NCBI GenBank assembly: GCA_035266865.1 | Contig: DATFMR010000098.1 | Location: 3,952-67,951, forward strand | Source: Ignavibacteriaceae bacterium | GTDB taxonomy: Bacteria > Bacteroidota > Ignavibacteria > Ignavibacteriales > Ignavibacteriaceae | Reading direction: 5' to 3' | Length of the DNA: 64,000 bases | Part shown: piece after piece, positions 36,981 to 48,006 of the stretch | Layout: each line of letters starts with the position of its first letter | Numbering within the stretch: the stretch's first letter is position 1 | Translations under genes and position numbers: made by a program | Notes under the pieces: model-generated | What the model was told of the DNA's origin: nothing | Seen by the model: only the letters and a program-made list of their open reading frames with translations | Databases searched by the model: none

Positions 36981-39311
36981 TTAATCTTCTTGAATCTCTT
37001 CAACCTCTTCTTCAATTACTTCCTCACCACAAACAGGACACTTAAGGTATTCACCTTTCTTTTTAGTGAATCTTTTTTCAAGAAATTCAGAATCACCATT
37101 AGGACAAGGTTGAGCTATAGGTTTATACCAACTTACAAAATTACAATCAGGAAATCTTGAACAACCATAAAATAACTTATTTCTGCGAGATTTTCTCTCC
37201 ACAATTTCGCCTTCTTTACATTTTGGGCAATTCACGCCGAGTGTTATGTTTTTGATGAAATCACACTCAGGAAATTTTTCACACCCAATAAATCTTCCAT
37301 ATTTCCCGTTTCTTATTACAGTACGGGCACCGCATTTTTCACATTTTTCACCGGTATATTCTGGTTCCTGGTTTTGAGCAGCAATTTCCTTAAATGATTT
37401 AATATTTTCACAATCCGGATAATTACTACATGCAAGATATTTACCAAACCTCCCAACCTTTATTATCATTTCACCGCCGCACTTATCACAGAGTATTTTG
37501 TCAATTTTGTCTTCAACTTCTTTAAGTGCTTTGGAAAAAGGTTGATAAAAATCATCCAGAACTTTTTCGTATTCATTATCGCCGCTAGCAATCTGGTCAA
37601 GCTCATTTTCCATTAGAGAAGTAAAATCTTCATTAATTATGTTAGGAAAATTTTTAACAAGAATTTTGCTTACTTCTTTGCCAAGCTTCGTGGGGACAAG
37701 TTTACGAGTCTCCATATCAACGTATTTTCTATCCTGTATTGTACTTACAATATGAGAATATGTACTTGGTCTGCCAATTCCTTTACTTTCGAGTTCTTTA
37801 ATTAAAGAACTTTCTGTAAATCTTGCAGGCGGTTTGGTAAAATGCTGAGTCTTTTGTAATTCATCTAATCCAAGATTCTGATTTTTCTCAAGCCCGAGTG
37901 GAATAGTGTCATTCCTATATTCTTCTTTTTCTTCAGCATTAGCTTTTTGTTCAATAACTTCTTCATAAACCTGTAAAAACCCGTTAAATTTAATAGCACT
38001 TCCAAAAGCTTTAAAAATATATTCGTCGGCACTAATTTCAATAACAGTAGTTTCCATTAACGCTGGAGTCATCTGGGAGGAAACAAACCTGTTCCAGATT
38101 AATTCGTAAAGTTTAAATGATTTATTATCAAGATATTTCTTTACAAATTCAGGAGTGTACTTTATTGAAGTTGGACGTATAGCTTCATGCGCATCCTGAA
38201 CATTGGCTTTCTTTTTCTTTTCATATGAATTTGGTTTTTCAGGAAGATAATCTTTACCATAAGTTTCATTAATAAAATCCCTGGCAAGCGGCATAAATTC
38301 ATCACTGATCCTGGTTGAATCAGTTCTCATATAAGTTATAAGTCCCACTGTTCCTTCATCACCAAGTTCAATACCTTCGTATAATTTTTGTGCAAACATC
38401 ATTGTCTGTTTTGGCCTCATTCCTAATCTCCTGGAAGCTTCAGCCTGCAATGTGCTTGTTATAAAAGGAGCGGAAGGATTTCTTTTCGTATTTCTTTTGG
38501 AAATATTTGAAATTGAATAATTTTCTTTAGGAGAAAGAATATCAAAAATTTCAGTTGCTGATTTTTCATCATTTATTGAAAAGTAGTCCGCAAGAAATTC
38601 TTTCCATTCTTTTTCATTCATCTCAGGTTTCGGAGGAACTTTAATATCCTTTCCATCTATACTGAATAATTTAGCTTTGAATGTTTCGTTTTTATGTGTT
38701 TTAAAGATTGCCCAAATAGACCAGTACTCTGTTGTAATAAATCTATCAATTGCCTCTTCCCTGTCACAAATAATCTTTAAAGCAACTGATTGAACTCTTC
38801 CAGCTGAAACTGATGTACTACCTGACATTTCAATTACAGCCTTCCACAGAAACGGACTCATTTTATAACCAATAATCCTATCCATTACTCTTCGAGCTCT
38901 TTGAGATCTAACAAGGAATTCATCAATAGCACGCGGATTTTCCATCGCTTTTTTTATGCCGGTCTTTGTAATTTCATTAAAGAGTACTCTATATAATGAG
39001 GAGTCCTCAGAAATTTTAATAACATCGGCAATATCCTGGGCAATTGCTTCTCCTTCACGGTCTGGGTCAGTTGCAATGTAAATGTTTTTACTTTTCGCAG
39101 CTAAGGATTTAATCTTCTTTATTAAATCTCCCTTTCCCCGAATGTTTAGATATTGCACTTTAAATCCATCATCAGGATCAACCCCAAGTTTTGTTTTAGG
39201 TAAATTTCTGATATGACCGATTGTAGCAGTTACCAAAAAATCTTTACCAAGATATTTATTTATTGTTTTTGCTTTTGCAGGTGATTCCACAAGTACTAAA
39301 TTTTTAGCCAT
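36981..39311 (-). CDS. topA: DNA topoisomerase I
   Basis: TOPRIM domain LVLVESPAKAKTI...DPDREGE, active-site Tyr region, and four C-terminal CxxC...CxxC zinc ribbons. Confidence 0.95.
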   Translation of the reverse strand: MAKNLVLVESPAKAKTINKYLGKDFLVTATIGHIRNLPKTKLGVDPDDGFKVQYLNIRGKGDLIKKIKSLAAKSKNIYIATDPDREGEAIAQDIADVIKISEDSSLYRVLFNEITKTGIKKAMENPRAIDEFLVRSQRARRVMDRIIGYKMSPFLWKAVIEMSGSTSVSAGRVQSVALKIICDREEAIDRFITTEYWSIWAIFKTHKNETFKAKLFSIDGKDIKVPPKPEMNEKEWKEFLADYFSINDEKSATEIFDILSPKENYSISNISKRNTKRNPSAPFITSTLQAEASRRLGMRPKQTMMFAQKLYEGIELGDEGTVGLITYMRTDSTRISDEFMPLARDFINETYGKDYLPEKPNSYEKKKKANVQDAHEAIRPTSIKYTPEFVKKYLDNKSFKLYELIWNRFVSSQMTPALMETTVIEISADEYIFKAFGSAIKFNGFLQVYEEVIEQKANAEEKEEYRNDTIPLGLEKNQNLGLDELQKTQHFTKPPARFTESSLIKELESKGIGRPSTYSHIVSTIQDRKYVDMETRKLVPTKLGKEVSKILVKNFPNIINEDFTSLMENELDQIASGDNEYEKVLDDFYQPFSKALKEVEDKIDKILCDKCGGEMIIKVGRFGKYLACSNYPDCENIKSFKEIAAQNQEPEYTGEKCEKCGARTVIRNGKYGRFIGCEKFPECDFIKNITLGVNCPKCKEGEIVERKSRRNKLFYGCSRFPDCNFVSWYKPIAQPCPNGDSEFLEKRFTKKKGEYLKCPVCGEEVIEEEVEEIQED

Positions 39312-39321
39312 TTTCCTTCTT

Positions 39322-39780
39322 TTAATTTATCGTATCAGATGAATATAATAATATTCTGCTGCCCGGGAGCATAAGTCTATCAAGGTCTAAAAACAATGAT
39401 AAAATAAGCAGGTTGATCTGATCAATTGTAATTGCTTCCTCGGAAAAATATTTTAATTCCTCGAGGATATTTTCAAGTTCACTGTTTGTTAATAATTGCA
39501 AATTATAAAAATGCAAAATATAATTATAATTTTTTACACCAAGCTGATCAATTTCGGAAACAGACAAAGTTCTAAAGCTTTTAGATTCCTTGGAGGAACT
39601 TCCCCTTACATCCAGTCTGTTTCGTTTATCCTTTTCATGCAGCCAGCTATAAGCGGCAGCAATTACATTTTTATCGTATTTTGTTTCCTTATTTAGTTTT
39701 TGCGTTTTCTCATCTTCAGGCAGATCCATTTTCATAATTTCATTTATTTTAACCAGAACTTCAACAATTTCAGTAATCAT
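39322..39780 (-). CDS. Smg/DUF494-like protein
   Basis: 152 aa with weak pattern similarity to Smg, including an AAAYSWL segment. Lies directly upstream of topA. Confidence 0.4.
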   Translation of the reverse strand: MITEIVEVLVKINEIMKMDLPEDEKTQKLNKETKYDKNVIAAAYSWLHEKDKRNRLDVRGSSSKESKSFRTLSVSEIDQLGVKNYNYILHFYNLQLLTNSELENILEELKYFSEEAITIDQINLLILSLFLDLDRLMLPGSRILLYSSDTIN

Positions 39781-39808
39781 TTAATCTCTTTAATTGTTAA
39801 TAATATAA

Positions 39809-40228
39809 TTAATATCTATTTACAAGGTCATTTTCAAGTCTTTTCATCACTTTTTTATCTTTTTCTTTTACATCTTCATAACCAAGTAAATGAAGAATTC
39901 CGTGAATTACAAGTCTTTTAAACTCTTCCCTAAGATTGTTATTAAACGTTTTTGCATTAAATTGAGCATCCTGACAGGAGATAAATATTTCACCGTCAAG
40001 ATTTCTATTATCCCCTGAATAATTAAATGTAATTATATCAGTTGAATAATTATGATTGAGATATTCTTTATTTATTGAAATGATCTTTTCGGAAGAAATA
40101 AAATTAATTGTAAGTGATAAAACTTTAAAATTCAGTTCTTTTTTTAATTCACTTATTAATTTGTGAATTGAAAACTTATTTATCTTATATTTTTTTTCAG
40201 AACTAAATACAGTTAAATTCTTAACCAC
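39809..40228 (-). CDS. ybeY: rRNA maturation endoribonuclease YbeY
   Basis: Zinc motif HGILHLLGYED. Confidence 0.9.
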   Translation of the reverse strand: MVKNLTVFSSEKKYKINKFSIHKLISELKKELNFKVLSLTINFISSEKIISINKEYLNHNYSTDIITFNYSGDNRNLDGEIFISCQDAQFNAKTFNNNLREEFKRLVIHGILHLLGYEDVKEKDKKVMKRLENDLVNRY

Positions 40229-40294
40229 TTAAATCCGTTAAAAAATTTAATTCAACTTCCTTTAATATAGATATAACGCAAATATAACAATAGT

Positions 40295-40864
40295 TCACAA
40301 ATATCCGTTCCTTTTCAGGGAATCCAGAGTAAGTTCAGTATATTTTTTATATCTCAGTGCAGAATTTTCAAAATCATCCAATTCTTCTTTTGTCAAATCT
40401 CTTATTACCTTACCCGGAACTCCTGCAACCAATTTTCCGGACGGAACAATAAAACCCGGAGTAATAACTGCTCCGGCTGCAACAATACTTTTTTCTTCAA
40501 TTACTGCACCATCAAGAACTACTGCACCCATCCCGATTAAACAAAGATCTTTTAAAATACAACCGTGCAGTATAACTGAATGCCCGATAGTAACTTTGTT
40601 CCCGATTATAAGAGGGAATTTTCCATTAGTAACGTGCAGCATAGAACAATCCTGCACATTTGTCATCTCACCAATTGAGACAAAATGAACATCACCTCGA
40701 ACAACCGTGTTATACCAGATACTTGAATTTTTTCCAATTGATACTTCCCCAATAATTTTTACACCTGACGCGAGAAATACATTTTCTGCTAATTCAGGAA
40801 ATTTATCGACATATGGGAAAATTTTATTTTCTTCTTTTAATCCTTGTATTTTGGTGGTGTCCAT
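40295..40864 (-). CDS. gamma-carbonic-anhydrase-like / hexapeptide-repeat protein
   Basis: Left-handed beta-helix hexapeptide repeats with a YrdA/PaaY-like layout. Confidence 0.8.
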   Translation of the reverse strand: MDTTKIQGLKEENKIFPYVDKFPELAENVFLASGVKIIGEVSIGKNSSIWYNTVVRGDVHFVSIGEMTNVQDCSMLHVTNGKFPLIIGNKVTIGHSVILHGCILKDLCLIGMGAVVLDGAVIEEKSIVAAGAVITPGFIVPSGKLVAGVPGKVIRDLTKEELDDFENSALRYKKYTELTLDSLKRNGYL

Positions 40865-41652
40865 CCTGCCATCTTCCAGCTTTCTAATTCAAGAGTTATA
40901 TTTCCGATAAGTACTTTCATTTTTGCTTTAATAGGTATTGCTGCAAAATCATTTGAGAACCATCCTTCAAATTCACCTGTTAATCCAAATATGCTGATAA
41001 AATGTACTTCTCCGGAAAGGTATACACAGTCAATATCATAATCAACAGGGTCTATTGAAATATCTTCTGTTGTATTCTCAAAATTGATTTCTGTTATTTC
41101 TTTCTTCTCATTTATAAATGTTGGTACTTTGTCATTCTTATTTTGCCCAACATTCATCATTGCATAAAATAAAATTGAAAGTCCGTCAACATATTTTTTA
41201 TTAACTGTTGTAGTACTGTCAATTTTATAACCAGCTGAATCTGTTCTACTTTTTCTTATTCGCACCTGCTTGTTGTCATAGTCGAAAAAATACTCTGTTA
41301 TAGCTTTGTAATCATCATGTTTAATTGATCCTTTAAAATAATCAGAGTAATAATCAGGAGTCATTTTTGTTTTGTAAACCTGGTGTAAAGAAACAAAAGG
41401 TACGCTTGGATATGAATTTATGCTAATTACCGCGCTATAATAATTTTTACCATCAATTACAGTTTTATCAGTTACTTTTATTTTTATCTCACCAAGCCGC
41501 ATTACTGAATATTTTACAACATAGGTTAATTCTTCTCCTACCAAAATAGATTTTGGAGCTAACTTATTCTTCTTCTGAATTTCCTGTTGTTTAGGACTAT
41601 TGCCAGAAAAAGCAAAAGGAATAAATAAGAATATCAGGAAATAATTTTTCAT
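40837..41652 (-). CDS. DUF3108-like exported protein
   Basis: Signal peptide. GEELTYVVKYSVMRLGEIKIKV is typical of DUF3108. Confidence 0.55.
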   Translation of the reverse strand: MKNYFLIFLFIPFAFSGNSPKQQEIQKKNKLAPKSILVGEELTYVVKYSVMRLGEIKIKVTDKTVIDGKNYYSAVISINSYPSVPFVSLHQVYKTKMTPDYYSDYFKGSIKHDDYKAITEYFFDYDNKQVRIRKSRTDSAGYKIDSTTTVNKKYVDGLSILFYAMMNVGQNKNDKVPTFINEKKEITEINFENTTEDISIDPVDYDIDCVYLSGEVHFISIFGLTGEFEGWFSNDFAAIPIKAKMKVLIGNITLELESWKMAGWTPPKYKD

Positions 41653-43262
41653 TGAAGTTTTGCCAGGTCTTTTGCTTCTGAAAACAAGGTTAACGATTTT
41701 TTTACCTGGTTATCTATTGTTAATATTGTCATATACCAGCCATCGTTTTTCCAGAAATTCCTGGCTATCTGAGCTTTCAGTCTCGTCCTAATATATTCCT
41801 TATCAGTATTAAATTCCTTTTGATTAAATTTCACATCTCTATTTTTTGCAAAGTCAACAAAGTCTTCCAGTGATTTATCACTTAAGTTAAATTCTTTTAC
41901 AAATTTTTTCAGATCATCTCCATAAGTGTTTTTAATTTTATTTTCTTGATATGACAAATAATTTAATGTGAATTGATAAAATATATTATTCTTTAACAGC
42001 TCAATTGTGTACTTGGTTATATCATCAGATTTAATAATATAATCCGGTGTAATACCACCTCCACCGTAGACTATCCTTCCTCCTTTTGTATGATATGTTG
42101 GTTTTGAAGTATCCTTTTCGGCATTATGTAGAATATTATCTCCCGTGGTTTCACTGGTATCGCCTGCTTCAGCATAATATTCCGATTTATCTTTTAGACC
42201 TTTATAATTTCTTTGTATCAATCTTCCTGAAGGAGTATAATAACGGGCAATTGTAAGTCTTAGCGCAGAATTATCTGGTAAAGAAAATTGCCTCTGCACA
42301 AGACCTTTTCCAAAAGTAGTTTCTCCAACTATCAGTCCCCTATCCCAATCCTGAACAGCTCCGGACACAATTTCACTTGCGGATGCACTTCCTTTATTAA
42401 CAAGGATTATCAAAGGTTCATTTTCGAAATCTGATGGTTGAGAGGCATCATATTCTTCATCAAACTGAGATATTCTACCTTTTGTATATACAATCTTTTT
42501 GTTTCCAGAAATAAACAAGTCAGCAATCTTAACAGCCTGGTTAAGATATCCACCGGGATTTCCGCGTAGATCAAGAATGAGATTTTTCATCCCTTTAGAT
42601 TTTAGATCATTAAGCGCACTTGATAATTCAGCAAATGTTGTTTCTGAAAATCTTGAAACACTTACATAGCCTGTAGCATCATTTATCATAAAATGAGAAT
42701 CTACTGAGTAAATCGGAATTTTATCTCTTGTAATAGTAAATTTTATAGGTTCTTCTACTCCAGTTCTCAGGATTGTAACAGTGACTTTTGTGCCCGCCGG
42801 ACCTCTTAATCTTTCGCGAACATCATCATTTGAAATCCCTACAGCGCTGGTACTATCAATTTTGATTATCCTGTCGCCTGCCATTATACCGAGCGCTTCA
42901 CTTGGTCCCCCTGTAATTGGAGAAACGACCGTCAAAGTATCATCTACGATTTGAAATTCTATCCCAATTCCGTCAAAATCTCCCCGAAACGATTCACTTA
43001 TACTTTCAACTTGTTTAACAGGAATGTAAACTGAATGAGGATCAAGTTTGGACAGCATACCATTTATTGCAGCTTCAACCAGGTTTTGTGTATCAACTTT
43101 ATCTACATAATATTTTTCCGTTAGAGTAAGTACATCGTTAAACTTAATAAGTCCATCTCGTAAATTATCACCTGAGAAAACTTTTTGTATCTGTATTCCC
43201 AATACAATTCCCAGCGTCAGGACAACTATTGTTAATGGAAACTTAAATCTATTTTTATTCAT
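41649..43262 (-). CDS. S41 carboxy-terminal processing protease
   Basis: PDZ domain followed by LDLRGNPGG and GSASASEI catalytic motifs. Confidence 0.9.
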   Translation of the reverse strand: MNKNRFKFPLTIVVLTLGIVLGIQIQKVFSGDNLRDGLIKFNDVLTLTEKYYVDKVDTQNLVEAAINGMLSKLDPHSVYIPVKQVESISESFRGDFDGIGIEFQIVDDTLTVVSPITGGPSEALGIMAGDRIIKIDSTSAVGISNDDVRERLRGPAGTKVTVTILRTGVEEPIKFTITRDKIPIYSVDSHFMINDATGYVSVSRFSETTFAELSSALNDLKSKGMKNLILDLRGNPGGYLNQAVKIADLFISGNKKIVYTKGRISQFDEEYDASQPSDFENEPLIILVNKGSASASEIVSGAVQDWDRGLIVGETTFGKGLVQRQFSLPDNSALRLTIARYYTPSGRLIQRNYKGLKDKSEYYAEAGDTSETTGDNILHNAEKDTSKPTYHTKGGRIVYGGGGITPDYIIKSDDITKYTIELLKNNIFYQFTLNYLSYQENKIKNTYGDDLKKFVKEFNLSDKSLEDFVDFAKNRDVKFNQKEFNTDKEYIRTRLKAQIARNFWKNDGWYMTILTIDNQVKKSLTLFSEAKDLAKLQ

Positions 43263-43280
43263 CGAATCAATCCTGGTTAT

Positions 43281-44945
43281 TTATAATATATAATTAAAAG
43301 TTAGATAAGCTTCTATCATCTTATTATTAACTGAATTTTGAAGTGATACATTTTTATATTGAACCAATCCGGTAAAGAAATAATCTTTAATGGGTTCATA
43401 AACAATTTTACCGGAAATAGCCCTTGTTATTTCTTTATCTCCATCAAGAAAAGGTGCATCAAAATCATCAAATGTTCTGTGCCCTACAAGTATATCTCCA
43501 CCAACATTTCTTTTAATACTTCCATCAGGATTAAGAGGATTTGCACCATGAACGTAATAACTTAAAGTGGCTGTCACGCACAATCTGTTATTAAACCTAT
43601 AATTTATTTGAGTTAAAAACAATTCACTATTTGGCTGCAAATATGAAGCTAGTCCGTATCCATCATTTGTAAAAGTATTTTTTGGAAGCCGGTTTGTATA
43701 TACATATGGATCAATTCTCATATATTCAAATTGTAATTCCAGTGGAAGTAACTTGTAAAAATTATTTGAAACGAACCCCAAATTATATATAAACTGATTT
43801 CCCCAGTAAGGTGAACCAAATTTTGATACTTCAATGTCATCCATAAATAAAAGTCCATAAATTTTTAGTCCCTTTATAGACTTATTATTAAAATCCAAAA
43901 TTACAACTGAATTATCACGATCCTTATTATTGTTTTGCGCAGTTTTATAAAGTATAAATGGATTAAGATAATTCAAATCTATAGGCCTATCTCCATAAAT
44001 AATCATTTCTCCTGCACCAATATTAAAATCGTCTGAGATATTAAATCCTATCCTATGATAACCAATATATTTTTCCTTAATTGTATTTACACCTGCTGTT
44101 ATGCTATCAGTTGCAAAACCAGAATCCCCAATTAATTTTCCATGGAAATAAGTAACTTCAACAGATTTATAATGAAATTTTAAAGAGAGGTTATCAAAAA
44201 TAGGCGCGTTATTGCCAAGTACTGCTTTTACAGGCCCATAACCTATGTTCATTCTATCTCGACCAAATTTTGCTTTTACCAAACCAAGATCAGCTGTGAT
44301 ATAGCCTGCAGTAGTTTTATCATAAGAGCCAAAAAGCTCATATTTATAATTGTAGTTTAATTCCTTTCTTAAAAGTGCAGCTTCTCTTTGCCCAAATATA
44401 TATCCATTGCCGCCTCGGTAAAAGAATCCAATTTTATTAAAAAAACTACCTCTTATCTGAAGTTCTTCCTGCCAAATAGTTGCGGTTGATATATGATTTG
44501 GGCTGCTATAGTTTGCATAAATTGCCTGGGCCTTACCAGCAGAGTTAAAAAATAAATTTACATTTGCAGAAGTATCGTTCACAAAATAAAGATACTTTTC
44601 TCCTTGCGAATATAAATTAAAATATCCTTCACCTATTAATTTTTGAGATTTCGTCAAAGTACCGTATAATTCCAGTTCAAATTCTGCTTCCAGATCTGTT
44701 AATAAGTAATTATCCGATTCATCAAGTTTATCTTTGTTTGTAATAACTTCTTTCAGAAATCCAGCAATTTCATTTCTTGATTTTGGAATTTCCAGTGAAT
44801 TGTATCTTTGAATAATCTGTAGCGATTCCATCCTTTCCAAAAAATCATAAACCTTATTATCCGAAAGGACATACTCAGTTTGTGCAATAGTATTAAATGT
44901 TAATATTATTAGGATATTAAGAGCGATTAATATTTTTACTTTCAT
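43281..44945 (-). CDS. outer-membrane beta-barrel protein, hypothetical (possibly Wzi-like)
   Basis: Signal peptide, alternating beta-strand pattern and aromatic-rich sequence; the C-terminal residue is Leu rather than the Phe typical of barrel proteins. The Wzi assignment is only a weak impression. Confidence 0.4.
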   Translation of the reverse strand: MKVKILIALNILIILTFNTIAQTEYVLSDNKVYDFLERMESLQIIQRYNSLEIPKSRNEIAGFLKEVITNKDKLDESDNYLLTDLEAEFELELYGTLTKSQKLIGEGYFNLYSQGEKYLYFVNDTSANVNLFFNSAGKAQAIYANYSSPNHISTATIWQEELQIRGSFFNKIGFFYRGGNGYIFGQREAALLRKELNYNYKYELFGSYDKTTAGYITADLGLVKAKFGRDRMNIGYGPVKAVLGNNAPIFDNLSLKFHYKSVEVTYFHGKLIGDSGFATDSITAGVNTIKEKYIGYHRIGFNISDDFNIGAGEMIIYGDRPIDLNYLNPFILYKTAQNNNKDRDNSVVILDFNNKSIKGLKIYGLLFMDDIEVSKFGSPYWGNQFIYNLGFVSNNFYKLLPLELQFEYMRIDPYVYTNRLPKNTFTNDGYGLASYLQPNSELFLTQINYRFNNRLCVTATLSYYVHGANPLNPDGSIKRNVGGDILVGHRTFDDFDAPFLDGDKEITRAISGKIVYEPIKDYFFTGLVQYKNVSLQNSVNNKMIEAYLTFNYIL

Positions 44946-44955
44946 AAAAATACTT

Positions 44956-46467
44956 TTATCCTCTTACTTCAGGTTTCATTTGCGGGAAAAAGATTACATC
45001 ACGGATTGAAGATTGATTGGTTAGTAGCATTACAAGTCTGTCCATACCAATTCCAAGTCCTGCGGTCGGTGGCATTCCATATTCAAGAGCACGAATAAAG
45101 TCTTCATCAATTTGATGAGATTCCTCGTCTCCTTGCTCTCTCATTTCTCCCTGCCCTTCAAACCTTTCTTTTTGATCAATTGGATCATTTAGTTCGCTGA
45201 ATGCATTACATAATTCTCTTCCGGCAACATATCCTTCAAATCTTTCAACAACGCCTTCCTTGGATCTGTGTTTTTTTGCAAGTGGTGAAAGTTCAAGAGG
45301 ATAGTCCATAATAAATGTAGGTTGGATTAATTCTGGTTGAACTGTTACACTGAAAAGTTCATCAATCAATTTTGCTTTACCATCTACTGCTTTTAAATCC
45401 ACTCCAAATTTTTTACAGGCAGCTTTCAAATCATCTTCTGTTGCTGTCAGAACATCAACACCTGATTTTTCTTTTATTGCTTCGATCATCGAAACTCTTT
45501 TCCAAGGTGATTTGAAACTGATATCGTGACCTTCATAAGTAAATTCTGTTTTACCAAAAACTTCATTACAGATTTTTTTAATCATTTCTTCAACAAAATT
45601 CATCATCCATTCATAATCTTTGTAAGGGACATACAATTCCATCATTGTAAATTCAGGATTGTGGGTTCTGTCCATACCTTCATTTCTGAAATCCTTTGAA
45701 ATTTCATAGACTCCGTTAAAACCTCCGACAATTAGTCTTTTTAGATATAATTCATCAGCAATTCTTAAATAGAGATCAGTATCAAGAGTATTGTGATGCG
45801 TTAGGAAAGGACGAGCTGCTGCTCCGCCGTAGAGCGGTTGTAGAATTGGTGTTTCAACTTCAAGATATCCATTTTCGTCCAGGAATTTCCTCATTGATGA
45901 AGTAATTTTACTCCGCTTGATAAACACATCTTTTATTTCCGGGTTAACTACAAGATCAAGATATCTTTGCCTGTATCTTAACTCTTTATCTGCAAACTGA
46001 TCAAAAACAGTTTTATTGCCCTGTTCATCAACTATTTCTTTAGCAATCGGGAGAGGGCGTAGGGATTTGGAAAGCAGAACAAGCTGCTTTGTATGAATTG
46101 ATGTCTCACCTGTTCTTGTTTTAAATACGAAACCTTCAACTCCAATGATATCGCCAATATCCATCAATTTAAAAGCATCATATGCTTCACCAATTTCATC
46201 TTTTTTAAGATAGACCTGGATTCTTCCGGTATGATCCTGAATATGTGCAAAAGAAGCTTTTCCCATTCTACGTAATGCCATTAAACGACCAGCTACTTTT
46301 ACATTTTTTTCTGCGCCTTCATTAAAATTATCTATTATTTTTTTTGCATTACTATCAACATCAAATGAATATGCAAATGGCTGAATTCCTTTTTCTTTTA
46401 ATTCAGCTAATTCTTCGTGTCTTCTTTTTATTAAAACATTAATTTCCTGCTGAACATTGTTCTCCAC
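44956..46467 (-). CDS. lysS: lysine--tRNA ligase (class II)
   Basis: OB-fold N-terminal domain and class II motifs ([15 protein letters not shown]). Confidence 0.95.
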   Translation of the reverse strand: MENNVQQEINVLIKRRHEELAELKEKGIQPFAYSFDVDSNAKKIIDNFNEGAEKNVKVAGRLMALRRMGKASFAHIQDHTGRIQVYLKKDEIGEAYDAFKLMDIGDIIGVEGFVFKTRTGETSIHTKQLVLLSKSLRPLPIAKEIVDEQGNKTVFDQFADKELRYRQRYLDLVVNPEIKDVFIKRSKITSSMRKFLDENGYLEVETPILQPLYGGAAARPFLTHHNTLDTDLYLRIADELYLKRLIVGGFNGVYEISKDFRNEGMDRTHNPEFTMMELYVPYKDYEWMMNFVEEMIKKICNEVFGKTEFTYEGHDISFKSPWKRVSMIEAIKEKSGVDVLTATEDDLKAACKKFGVDLKAVDGKAKLIDELFSVTVQPELIQPTFIMDYPLELSPLAKKHRSKEGVVERFEGYVAGRELCNAFSELNDPIDQKERFEGQGEMREQGDEESHQIDEDFIRALEYGMPPTAGLGIGMDRLVMLLTNQSSIRDVIFFPQMKPEVRG

Positions 46468-46479
46468 GAATCCTCCGTT

Positions 46480-48006
46480 TTATTTTCTTTTAAAGTTTGC
46501 TAGACGCAAACATACTAAGTCCTGAATATTTTCTGCCAATTTTACCGGCACATTAAAATTATTTACAATTATTGAAAAAGCAACAGGTTCATTATCACCC
46601 GTGTATGCATAGCCAGACAAACTTCTTACTCCGTCAAGGTATCCTGTTTTTGCTCTTACTTTGTCTTGTGCTAATGTATTCTGCATCCTGTTCCCGAGAG
46701 TACCATCTATGCCTGCTATTGGTAATGAGTTATAAAATGGGATAAAGTATTTACTCTTATAAATATAACTCAAAAGTGAAACTACCTGTTTAGCAGTAAT
46801 CATGTTTAGTCTTGATAACCCGCTTCCATCTGATATGATCATACTTTCCGGATTAATTCCCATTTCTTTAAATGCCTGGCTTTCTGCCTTAACTCCGTTT
46901 GCAACTGAGCCAAATCCCATTTTCTCCAGACCAATTGTTTTTAACAATTGTTCAGCAAAAAAATTTTGACTCTCTTTATTAATAACTTTAATAATTTCTT
47001 TTAACACCGGTGAATAGGTTGTGCATAATCTTGTCAGCTTTAAATATTGAATTGGTTTGGATAAATCATCAACATCAGTTGCAAAACCATCGATCTTTAT
47101 CCCTTTTGATTCAAGTATTTTTTTCAAAATAACCATTGAATATTGAGTCGGGTTATTTACGGTTACGAATGTTGTAATTGAATCATTTTCACAAATTGTA
47201 CCATAAACCGTTACAAGATTTGTTCCCCTTTCCCTGTAAACCTCTATGTTTGTGCTTGAATCTTTTGAAACCGGAATAACATTATTAATAATTGCGGCAT
47301 ATTTAGTATTCGGTTCTATTTTTATTATTGGTAATTTTAACTTTTTATCAACGTAGACAATTACCTCGATACAATTGTCGTTAAATGAAACTGCGCTGGA
47401 TTGGGCTGCAAACCAATCACTTTCATAATCCCAGGACCACCCGCTGCCTAGACCAACGTCATCAAAGGCATCATCGTCACCAATAATGTTTCCATTAATT
47501 TCATCAATTCCCAAATCAAGAAGTGAATCCGCCCAGTCTTCAAAAATTTTATACATGTTGTCATTATAAAACCTGCCGGATATAGTCGGATCTCCTCTAC
47601 CTTGAACAATTAAATCACCGTTCCAGATTGAACCATTTGGTTCTCCCCTTAAAAATAAATTTGTAGAAAACCTGTAATCGCTGCCAAGAAGAATTAATCC
47701 AGCAGATGTTGTAAATAATTTCAGATCGGAAGCCGGAATCAACAACTTGTCTTCATTTCTTTTATAAAAATATTCTCCGGTTTGAAGAGACTGGATCATT
47801 ACTCCCCATTCTGCATTACTAAAATTCGGATCGTTAAAGATATCATTTAATTGTTCTCTCAACTCGCTAATTGTATTAAATGAGTATCTCTTGTTAGCTG
47901 GCCTTGTAGTATCCTGTGAATAAAGTAATACCGGGATAAAAATTAGTATTGCAAATATTTTAATAAAAATCCTACCCATAAGTTTCAATAGCTTTCTTAA
48001 TTTCAT
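46480..48006 (-). CDS. dacB: D-alanyl-D-alanine carboxypeptidase/endopeptidase (PBP4, S13)
   Basis: SDLK (SxxK), SGLS and KTG motifs. Signal peptide present. Confidence 0.85.
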   Translation of the reverse strand: MKLRKLLKLMGRIFIKIFAILIFIPVLLYSQDTTRPANKRYSFNTISELREQLNDIFNDPNFSNAEWGVMIQSLQTGEYFYKRNEDKLLIPASDLKLFTTSAGLILLGSDYRFSTNLFLRGEPNGSIWNGDLIVQGRGDPTISGRFYNDNMYKIFEDWADSLLDLGIDEINGNIIGDDDAFDDVGLGSGWSWDYESDWFAAQSSAVSFNDNCIEVIVYVDKKLKLPIIKIEPNTKYAAIINNVIPVSKDSSTNIEVYRERGTNLVTVYGTICENDSITTFVTVNNPTQYSMVILKKILESKGIKIDGFATDVDDLSKPIQYLKLTRLCTTYSPVLKEIIKVINKESQNFFAEQLLKTIGLEKMGFGSVANGVKAESQAFKEMGINPESMIISDGSGLSRLNMITAKQVVSLLSYIYKSKYFIPFYNSLPIAGIDGTLGNRMQNTLAQDKVRAKTGYLDGVRSLSGYAYTGDNEPVAFSIIVNNFNVPVKLAENIQDLVCLRLANFKRK

